Shown here: positions 54,000 through 64,000 of the stretch, in pieces
How positions within the stretch are numbered: position 1 is the stretch's first letter
Layout of the letters: every line of letters starts with the position of its first letter
Assembly (NCBI GenBank): GCA_946965045.2
Contig: OX337240.1
Coordinates: 1,984,001 to 2,048,000, forward strand
Source: Epithemia pelagica
Lineage: Eukaryota > Protista > Bacillariophyta
Direction: 5' to 3'
DNA length: 64,000 nt
Notes under the pieces: model-generated
Databases searched by the model: none
The model's input: the letters and a program-made list of their open reading frames with translations, nothing else
Told to the model about the DNA's origin: nothing
Made by a program: the position numbers and the translations under genes

Positions 54000-55255
54000 G
54001 AGCAACGCCGACCAACGCGCCCGGCTAAGGATAGTACGAAAACTATCCAAAGCGAGGACTAAAATCGGGAGGAGAGGAAACTGAAAAATCAGCCCTGTTG
54101 TGTGGGGTAGATAGAGGTGATAAGCGGGCTCCAAGTAGAAATCCATGTTCAGAGTTGGGAAGAGTTTCTTGTCGAAAGTGATCCACAAGGGAATCATAAG
54201 ACATGACACGATCTGAGTTAAGAAGAGAAGAGTGAAGAGTATAAAGATGAGCGATTTCTCGTTGTGCTTGGAGTAAGGCAGTGGATTCGCGAGAAGCCGA
54301 GTCATTGCGGTGGTAGTCTAAGTTGCGGCGCAACCAGAAATCGTGAATGTGTTGCCAGACAATTCTGGTAGTGCCAGAGGTCAAGCGGCAACTGAGCAGA
54401 GCTCGACGAAGGAGCCTTGAAGGTGAATCCATTCCCAAGTGAACCGTCCTAGAAAAAGAAACCAGCCAATCCGGGCTTGACGTTGGAGAAGTGAGGTATA
54501 AGAGGAAGGCATGGTCGGAAAGAGAGGCGGAGAGTCCACAAGCCAGGGAGAAAATGGTGGTCTGTCCAGAAGGAGTACAGGGAGTCAAAGAGTGGACCTG
54601 TCCAGTTGGAGCAATGTGGGCACCGAAGGAAGTGATCGTGATCTTCAAGGGTATTGGGGCAGTTAGGGCAATCGGACAAATAATGATGGGCAAAGTGTTG
54701 TTTGAGTTTTCCGAGGGGCAACCAGTTATGGATAAACTTGGTAAGGAAGTGTCTTGCAGAGAAATTTGCACGGAGAACAGAACCGTGTACGTCCCAACTG
54801 CAGACAAATTCAACCTCGCCGCTCGTACTACTACTTCGGAACAAAACCATAGTCAAAAGAGGTCCAATTGTTTTTCTGAGAAATAAACTCACAAAGAACT
54901 GGAGTGCTCGCAAAGCGTCTCAGAGTTGATCAATACTTGCTAGTGACAGTTCCGAAGGAACTCTGGAGATTGGTTGTATTGCCAGAGATAGGTGAAAAGA
55001 GCTCGTGGACAAGCCTGGAGGATAGGAGAATTCCCCGGCATGGCCAGCCTGAATGTTCAGTCTGGCTGGAAGTGATAGGGACGACAAAGCTTGGTGCCGA
55101 TCTCGATGGCCTTGTTGAACACAGAGAATAACCGGAGGACAATCAAACTGGCATATTGTCGACGTGATGCTCTGCTCGAGATCCCAATCCGCGGACATTG
55201 TTGAATAAGGAAATTCCACGGTCCATTCACGACGAAGGTAGCTGGTGGTCGACTA
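54000..55255 (-). mobile_element. 5'-truncated, decayed non-LTR retrotransposon (RNase H-like plus CCHC 3' region)
   Basis: ADWDLE...QGHRD...LNIQA (RNase H-like), then FLTKFIHNWLP...CPNCPNTLEDHDHFLRC; frameshifted. Boundaries approximate. Confidence 0.72.
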
Positions 55256-56063
55256 TCAGGAATGCTGTTTACAGCGCAGAGGAAGCGTGTTGTTTTTCAC
55301 TACTGTCGAGTAATGAAAAAGAGCTCTTTTGTAAAATTGTGTTTCTAGATTATTGTCGTTGTTGAAGCTACGGATCACTCTTCATGCGTTGGAGCGTTGA
55401 TTTGTAGATATGCCTTGATCGACCAAAATGGCGGCCCTAATTGTTTATGGACAAACTGGTTGCCTCTTCTGGGATTCATGGATCCCTAAGTAGAATCGCT
55501 TTACTTAGGTAGGTAGGACCCAGTACCGTTATCTCAATGGCCATGGGAGTCGTCATTAAGAGAGCCGTGATTATTAGCCATCGTCCAAATACCATTTCGA
55601 GACTCGTTGTTGGGTGTGGTGATTTGTGAGCGGCGGTTCAATGATGCGTTGGGCGTGTTGGTGTAATGGGAATTTCGTCTCTCTCCCCAGCGCCCCCCCC
55701 ACGTTATAGATATGCCCTTGCGTACAGTAGTATTTTAACAGGGATGTAGCGAGCACGAAGGTGGTGGTATTATTGTGTTTAACTGCCCGTTTGTTGGCGG
55801 TGGGATCGAAGGTAGGGGTCAATCTCGAGGCTCACGACGGAAGGAAGTTGACCGAGAGGGGAGACGAATGCCGGAGGGATTGCTTGCGAGAAGGACCAAA
55901 AGTTTCCATTGGATTGGGGAGAAAAGAGCATTAAAAACTGGATCCAAGTTGATATTGGGATCATAATCGTGGGGAGGCCCATCCAAGGCGTGTGGATCCG
56001 AGGTGCAGCTGGCCAGGTTTCCATGTAACGTGTGAAACAGATTTACCAGAGGTCCTGACGCGT

Positions 56064-56677
56064 AAGGGCTGGGGATACCGATCCATTTACATCTAAGTAG
56101 GCTCAGTACAAAAGCTACGTAGAGTACATGAAATCACATAGTACACGTCACGCCGGAAATGGTCGGAATTTCAAAAAAATGCAAAAACGCTCGACAATGA
56201 TGGCGAGATCCGGTGACGCCGTATGCATTCATTCACCCATGCATCGCCTAAACATCCAACCACCGTAAGTTCTTTGCCTTTACCTTTGAAATTGTTGTCT
56301 AAAATTACAGAAGATTTGCCAAGTTGGCTGAAAAGGTACGCTCATTTATCTGCAGTGATGAAACCGAACGACCGCCCTAACTCACTCATTTTTCAATGCT
56401 GACTCGACCGAATTGAAAGCATAGTCACTCTAGTAGTAAATAATCTTCTTGTCAAAGCGGTCGAGGCAAGCTCTATTATTGAGGAAGTTATGGCCATGGG
56501 GTGATGGCTTCCACCATTGTCGAGCGATGGCTTCCAATTTGCATTGTTTCTCGTGGCAGCAAGTTTTCAATTTGAGACCATCCGCCCCACTTGTTACACT
56601 GATGAAAATAGTACTACGTAGCTTAATGTACTGAGCCTACTTAGATAGATGTACATGGATCGGTATCCCCAGCCCTT
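56064..56677. mobile_element. MITE-like element with about 60-bp inverted termini
   Basis: AAGGGCTGGGGATACCGATCCAT...TCTAAGTAGGCTCAGTACA..AGCTACGTAG at 56064-56122 is mirrored at 56614-56677. No clean TSD. Confidence 0.75.
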
Positions 56678-59277
56678 CGAACTCATGGATGCGGCGATTC
56701 GAAGACGCCATGGTGAGAGACCGGGGTAAGGGTCGTGTCCAGGGAATGTGTTTTTGAGTTCTGAAATCGAGTTTCGAGTTTCGAGGTTGAGCCAATAGGT
56801 TATGGTCCCCTTGAAACCTCGAAAACACAACCTTGAATCCCCAAAATCTTGGCAATCCCCAACGACCTTGCCAAGATTCTGAAATCGAGTTTCGAGTTTC
56901 GAGGTCTGCAAAGAGCCCCACGCTCTCCTACAAAACCCACCTTTCAGCCGGGCTCTCTGTCTCTCGTTTCGATCTCTCGGACAACAACAACAGATGAGGC
57001 AATCTCTCTTGTCCATCATAGACAATAGTAGCACAATGATTGATATTAGATATGAGTAGGAGCTTCTAGAAAATAAGCAAGTATTATTAACCTGTCGCTG
57101 CCATGGAAGTAACGGTCACAACCACTGCCAATGGCCAAAAGCAAATATAACATCATAGTGGATTGACATGGCAGATGTCGAAGATGTGAGCTCACAGTGT
57201 GCTTGAAGCAGTAACACTGCCAATTTGCAAAGAAAATCAACACAGGCGGACGAGTAATGTGCATTTAGAATACAATGGGGGTATAGCAGAAACCATCATA
57301 CTGTTTGTCAGGGTCCTCGTTGGAGAATTTTCGACCAACTGTTCCAGTTTATCTGATCATCCCATCGTGATGACCAGTTCTTTATGAGACCATTACTGTC
57401 ATTCTCAACTGACGGGCCTCGTTGGCAAACATTCATACTCATTAATTATTTACTAATCCTACTGTTCTCTCACACAAAGTCAGCAACGCCATGAATCCGG
57501 TCATGGCCCACTCCCTACCGTCTAGATCGTTCCCGGGGCCGTCCTGCCCACTCTCCTGCCCACTCCAGTCAAGAGCATCCCTCCCGTCGCCCTCTGGTTC
57601 CTCAACTCCCGTCCCCAACTGATGTGTCTACCTCCCCAAAAGACAGGGCAACAGTACGTCTTTCAAGAGTCCGGGGACAATGGGGCAGTCGATGTCCTGC
57701 ATTGCGCACATTGATCAAATTGCATAATTTTTTCTCACAATTCCCAGAATCTTAAGTGAATCACCTCAAGAATGTTTGGCTGAGAGGGAATGAAACGGGT
57801 GACCTATGGAGACCTAACCCAACCAGCCGCACACTTTGGATCACGCACTACTTAGATATCTTAAGGAACGTTTTATATTCCCTTTTAACCTTCTCATTAA
57901 GGGAATTTTTTTTGTTCAACTAAAACTCATCATCATAGTCCAGCCCCAAGTCCATCACTCTGTTGAAAGAAGGTTTCTTTCATTTTGGAACGTTTGTTGG
58001 TAGTGCAGCCAAGTGGTTCCATTGCAGAATCGACGCATTGTAGCTTCATTCATTTCTTCTGAAACCGTTTTGGTCTTGACACGCCTAAGATTATCATGAA
58101 ACTTTAGTCATATGACAAATACTCTGCATGTGAATGCTGTTGATGCCTCTAATAACACTCAGGCCCATGAAATTTGATCTGGCCATTGGGTCAAGCTGAT
58201 GGCCAAATTTGTTGCGCTATGCAAGGCAATCTGCATACTACTTCAGTAAGTATTAGCTGAAGCACCTTTGGACAGTCAACAATCAATATCATGTCTAGCA
58301 TTTCCTATTCGGGCATTGGATCAAGGACAAGGTACGATTATTCGTCGGAAGGGCTGGGAAGATGATAGCATATTACTGTATGTCATGCCATAGGATGCTG
58401 TAGACTAAGACGACCGTGTGGTGAAGCAGTGGAACAATCACTTCCACAAACGAACGGATCTGAGCTAAATAACCAATGACATTCCTTCTAAAAACGCCAC
58501 CTCAATCAGCGCCATCCCAGCCTGTCAGATCCTTCTCGTGCTAAGCCTTCAATTAGAGCCCTTTGATGTCCAGCAAGCCGAAATGAGCCAGTGGTTAGAG
58601 CAATATCAGGAGGCTTCAACCCTTGACATATTATGACGCGGGCACCACTAAAATCGCACGTGTCCAACTCTCTCGCTGGACAGTTCATTGGCATGAAGGC
58701 TCACAATTCCAGAACCAACACCGAGGGTGATAAAAATCATCCATTGTACGGACTCCGGTCGCCAATAATTTTTACCGTAGTTGCACGTGATGCAACTGTG
58801 GAAAATCGACCAAAGCGTCAGTAACGAATATTACACCTTTCAGGTTCTATACTAATTAGTTCTTGAACTGCCAGGTTTTTTACCATTACACACTACATAA
58901 CACCACCATGGCAAACTGATGCCGGTGTGCACCTCCAACGAAAGGTGCTGGGACCCCTGCAAACATCCAGGAGTCTTCAAAGTCCAGTTTACCGTGAGGG
59001 AGTGGACGGGCGGCGATGAACTGTCGAAATCTGTGGAGCTACGGCAAGGTTTGGAAGGTCTTCCATTTTGATGAGGGAAGGTCGTGGACGAGAAGATTGA
59101 CTTTGGAGAAGGAAAGGGATGGAAAGATCAAGAGTTCGTTGGGACAATGGCAAAGAAAGATTCAAAATGGATGGATGCGGCATTGGAGAGCTGCAGAAAC
59201 CGACGCAGCAATCAGACGGATCGTTTTGACACAACAACAAAGGAACCAACCGCTTATTCAAGGAAACAACAAACAAC

Positions 59278-60010
59278 ATGAATGCCACAAGGTTATCCGC
59301 ATGTCTCGGCTCTGGCCTTCTTGTCTTCCTGTCCTACTACTACCGGTCCTACCGAACGGCAGTACCCTTCTTCTTCTTCTTCTTCTTGCAACAACCAAGC
59401 ACTTTGACTGAGAATCTGTGGCAGAAAGGATGGATACGCAATGAGAATGATGCATCATTTAATGCATCAATGAGCTCGACCAAACGAGGCAAGGAAAATT
59501 CGATGATGGATCAAGACGAGCAGTATGCCAGCGACAACGACAACTCCTCGTTTCGGCTGCAACGACAACAACAACAAATGGGACAATCCACTCCTCATTT
59601 CGGCCGCCAAACACGACAGTCCACTTCTCATTTCGGCCACGACGACGACGACAACAACAACAACAACAAACGCAACAATCCACTCCTCATTTCGGCCGAA
59701 TGACCCTAACACCATCGGAGATCAGCAATCAGCAATCAATCAAGAACTGGTCCGAAAGCACTACGAGTACGAAGATGCACATGTAAGGTACTCCTACTAG
59801 TCTAGACATCCTATGGCCTTGTTACAATTCCAACTAACATTATGATAGTTGTTTTATAGGGCACCGGCTTGAGTTTGCCATGGTGTGTGGTGTCTTATGC
59901 AGTGGGGAATGGAAAGGACATGCAAAATACCTGGCGGTTGAAGAACAAATCAGTATAGAGGCTAACGCTATGGTTGATCCTCCCCAGTTGCATCACGTGC
60001 AACTACGGTA
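59278..60010 (+). pseudogene. Decayed spliced gene fragment with short internal repeats
   Basis: CCAC(T)(C/T)CTCATTTCGGCC occurs three times at 59586-59697. The 59278 frame continues past two stops and across a GT-AG intron-like gap (about 59783-59860) into HRLEFAMVCGVLCSGEWKG. Family unknown. Confidence 0.35.
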
Positions 60011-62968
60011 AAAATTATTGGCGACCGGAGTCCGTAGTGGTAAATATTTCTGCATGCAAGCTCCACCCGAATCTTCTTTCCCATCCCTTCCCAATAATCT
60101 ACATTTACATCCAATGCTGCGACTATATACCTGTGTTTTTGGTGTCATTCCAAGCTGATATCAATGACATGGTGTCATCTGTGAAGTATGGACCTCAGTC
60201 AGATGGAATTGTGAGTTTTTGCTTACCTGACCGACATCTAAAGCTCGTATTGACCTACTGAAGGTTATAGATGGAATCAATGGTGCAAGAATGTTTTTTT
60301 TGATGAAGCATGAAGGGACAACTGGGCAAGTGCCACCTCTTGTCCTAGATTTCCCAGTTGCTTCAAGGTTCTTTTTACAGGAAACAAGCAGATGTTCAGA
60401 AAGTCAGAATATCCACTTTCTGTCTTGAGTGTCCATCGGCTAGTAGTGTCACTTGTCTTTCTGATAGTTGGTATTTATTAACTATATGTTGGTTAAGAAG
60501 GACTAACCAATCAAGCATGGAGGAATAAATGGAGAATTTATGACTCCAAACTGTTATAGCCCAATGAAGGACAGATTATATTTTTGACTTTGCCTTTATT
60601 CCACTTGTACTCAAACAACATCCAATACATTCGTCAAAAATAATGTATTGGATGCTCTCTGGTTGGTCTGTGTTTTGTGGAAACCAAAGAACTCCAACAT
60701 TATAAATAATAGAGTAACTTAAGTCATATTGACTGACGAGACGATTAAGAAGGTAGCCGAGGAAAAGGTGAAAGATCACAAAGCAGCCTTGCAATATACT
60801 ACCAAAACACAATTGACCAAATGATCAGGCTGTGATTAAACAGACTAAGGAAACCATCGAGAAGGCAATAATATCTTGCCGGTGGATCTTCGGGATTGAT
60901 ATTCTCTTCCTCAGTTTTGGTGGGTTCGTCCCCCCACATTGTCTCTTCGTTCGGAAGCAGGAACTCGGGCTCTCATTCTCATCATCACCGTCTAGAAGTG
61001 GCACCGTATCAGTTTGGGGGCTTGTGGAAGGAGGGGTGCCAACCAAGAAAGAAGGGACAGTTTCAAGCGCAGATTCAGCTCAGGCTTATCGTCTCCCTTG
61101 TTGATGGAGTTCCGCTTGCAGATTGTCCGAGGTGGCCGTTCCATCAAGATTCGATTCAGTTGTTCCAAGTCGTCGTGCCAGGCATGGAGTTTTCTTCCTT
61201 CTCTTGCGCAATCGCAGCTGGCATTGCTCATCCAAGAGCTGGAATACAGAGTCGTCCTTTGTTGTCATCGAAGGAAGACGATGACTGTGAAGCTCTGTTA
61301 GCAGGTTTTTTATTATAAGAGTGCAATGCTCAGTGACTGTTCCTTGTTTTTGCGTGTTCATGGTTTTTTATTGCAGGTTTTCTATTATAAGAGTGCAATG
61401 CTCAGTGACTGTTTCTTGTTTTTGCGTGTTCATGGTTTTTTATTGTTGTGTGTTGCTGTTGTTTGCTGTTTTTTTTTGCTTCAGATGACTGTCGAGGTGC
61501 GAGACAGTGGACCAGTGTGTGTCACACACACCATCACACCCCAATGATCAATCTGGCCTTGACAAAGGGAACTTTGTGTTCTCAAGAGACAAAGGATCTT
61601 GAGGTGAGCAAGTAAAGACTGAGGAATCACAGAAGCAGTCAAAAATGAGAGGGAGGAACTCCTCAATTTCAGACTTGGTATCCTTGATTGTTGTGGAGCT
61701 GTTGCCTTGGACAATAAAAGTTCCAACATGGATGGTGGCCTGTTTTGATACCAATTGTCAGCCATTGGTTGCTGGCATTGTTAAAGGTTACAACATGTCC
61801 ATTCCCATACAGATAGGTGAGGAATAGGTTTTTTCTGTATAGTTCAGTGCAGGGGAATCTTGGTTTATTCTGTCTGCTAGGAGGGTAGATTTTCCTTTCT
61901 GTTCTTGTTGAAGACATCAAACATTGTGAGGAGTACAGACATCAAACATTGCGAGGAGTACATGGTTGTTGTTTGCAACATCTCTTAAAGTGCTCTTGTC
62001 TGCATGTCTGCAGCCTTTTCCACCTATCAGAACAACTGGCAGGCCATTTCCATTGGCCAGCATGGCACACAGGTCGAGATGGATGGCAATGTGCCAGTGA
62101 AGTGGATGTGCCTTGACACCACAATGGTGAAAGGCATAGATGGGTTGAGATTGATGCAGTGTGGATCAGACATGATTTTGATTTGTGGCTGATAGTGAGG
62201 TGTTCTTCTCTATCCTGTGATGTTGGTCCACAGTTGGTTGTAGTGGGCTGTGTGTCGGCGGGAATGGAATGTAAGATGCCAAAAGGATGATAACTATGAA
62301 CTATGTGATTACTAGGTTCATCCCTCCGTGGAAGTTTCATCTCATTTCGTTGGTGAGTTGCTACATTGGTCCTATTTTTTGGGGGAGCCCTAGGTGGTTG
62401 TGTCCCAGACCTTTCTTTTGTTGCATACCGAATAGAATGTGGGATGTTCTCCAGGCTCCAGGTGATATAATGACCACCTCATCAAAGATGATATTGATAT
62501 AGAAGTACTTCCAGATGTCAAAATCAACACCTGCTTGGATGTGGGAGAAGCACAATGACATACAATCTGAAAACTGGAAGTTTCCCAACATCCCACACTA
62601 CTCCAATGGAGCCAGGGAAATGGTCGGCAATACAGTCCTGTGTTTGTGAATGAAACTGGGAAGGAAACAGCTTGACTTCTTCTAATTTTTGAGGTACTTC
62701 AAAAGTATGGTTTGATGAAAGATGGTAAGTGAAATGCCTTCAGAACAAATTCAAAGAAGAGAAAGATATGACATGATGAACAAAACCATAATATAACAAG
62801 GTCTCATTCTATGTGGCCAATCCTGAGGTTTTCACAATGGAAAGGAATCCCTGAACATAATAATGGCTTTTCTTTGACAGCCTTAGCCCTTGAAAAAGCA
62901 GCTCAAGAGAATCAATTTCAGAATCTCCAAATATTTCTGTTTCCAATCGAAGGCATCATAAATATTGT

Positions 62969-64000
62969 ACAATTCGCGCTCTCGCAGAAAACGAACAGGA
63001 TCAAGCGGGTACGACCGGAAACAGCCAGGAGACGAACGGAAACGACCTTAATCGGAGGGAGGAAAAGCTCCGATTGCTGGTGCAAATGCTGGCTGCCAAA
63101 GTCTCAGAACGGTTCGTCCCGGCCCCCTCGGAGGACGAACGCACCATCGATGCGATTAATGGAATCGGTGATTTCAAAACGCGGTGCCGCTGGGCCGAAT
63201 ACTGGCGGAATGAACACAAGGACCGCGTCGAAACCGAGCAAGCAGTGTGGGCAAGCTATTACCATAACAACCCGAGCTTGCTCACCCCTAGTCAATGGGA
63301 AAAGTCACTCTCCGACCCCGAGTGGCAATGGCCCGACCCGTATTCTGGCAAAAACTACGAAGAAGAACTGGAAGAGGAAAAGAAAAACCTCGCCAAATCC
63401 GGTCTCAACAGCGGAGCGAAACCAGAAAACAAAAAGAAGAGTGCTCCAGTCGGCTCCAACGAACTCGAATGCTTCTTAAAGCAAGTAGAAGAAGCAGTCC
63501 TAGCCGAGTCCCTTGCGAACAAAAAAAGCCGAAACGAAAGTAAACTTTCGTTGGAATTCAAGGACCTTCTCAAAATGCTGAAAGAGCACGATCTTGTCGT
63601 CATCCCCACAGACAAGACAAACTCCTTTGCAATGATGTCAACGAGAGAGTATGCAAAAGAAATCAACAAGCACCTCGCCAAAAATGCAGTCGCAATCGAA
63701 AGGAACCGACTCACTGAAATAGTGGACAACTGCTTCTCCTTCATCCAAGAACTAGACCCATACATCTCAACCAACGAACGAGAGTATCTCAAGGAGAAAG
63801 TCCAATCCAAAGCAATCCCCAACCCCAAAATCCTGGTTAAGGACCACAAAAAACCAGGACCAGATGGAAAATTCCCAACCCGCCTAGTAGTCCCTGCCAC
63901 CAATTTCACAGCAGGATTCCCTAAAATTGGCTACCTTGGGATCAAGAACTTGTTCAAAGAACACAATGTGGACTACGGACAAAGGAACATCGTCCAAGCG
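62969..64000 (+). mobile_element. Penelope-like element reverse transcriptase ORF, running off the window end
   Basis: Manual translation is open from about 62969 to the end: FVPAP...FKTRCRWAEYW, VIPTDKTN...Y and PNPKILVKDHKKP...PTRLVVPA, which correspond to the PLE RT motifs ADKG and PKxHK...PxRPIV. Not in the ORF track because it has no stop. Confidence 0.75.

Noticed and set aside
57000-62900. Many short ORFs in AT-rich, CpG-poor sequence
   Set aside because: All frames are frequently interrupted and no diagnostic motif was found; probably old TE debris that cannot be classified by eye.

Overview
This is eukaryotic nuclear DNA, most likely from a pennate diatom. That is an inference from short GT-AG introns, ASAFAP-like plastid-targeting motifs, an AdoMetDC-aminopropyltransferase-SET fusion and CoDi-type Ty1/copia elements. 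No rRNA, tRNA or CRISPR array was found. 1-10.7 kb is a compact block of core-like genes: a partial hypothetical gene, a polyamine-synthesis fusion, a 2OG-Fe(II) oxygenase, a membrane protein, DJ-1 and a PUB-UBX protein. 10.8-24.8 kb is an accessory block that follows the PUB-UBX gene and ends in a decayed copy of that gene's 3' end. It holds two Crinkler-like genes with an identical 59-aa N-terminal header but different C-terminal domains (HNH-like versus REase plus kinase). Between them lie a probable solo LTR, an intact TTAA-flanked piggyBac carrying a second ORF resembling the P2X7 ballast motif, and a Harbinger-type MITE; a GT31-like pseudogene follows. 24.9-30.7 kb has plastid rpl9, a bacterial/phage-style macro domain, a UBA-like protein and a vWA/alpha-kinase. 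31-64 kb is mostly transposon sequence: an ORF1-like relic, a decayed two-gene Plavaka/CACTA-like element, an old copia interrupted by a very young copia (identical 181-bp LTRs, 5-bp TSD, TG...TG ends), a third copia relic, a LINE 3' relic, a MITE, and a young Penelope-like RT running off the window. All domain calls come from reading motifs by eye; no database search was run.
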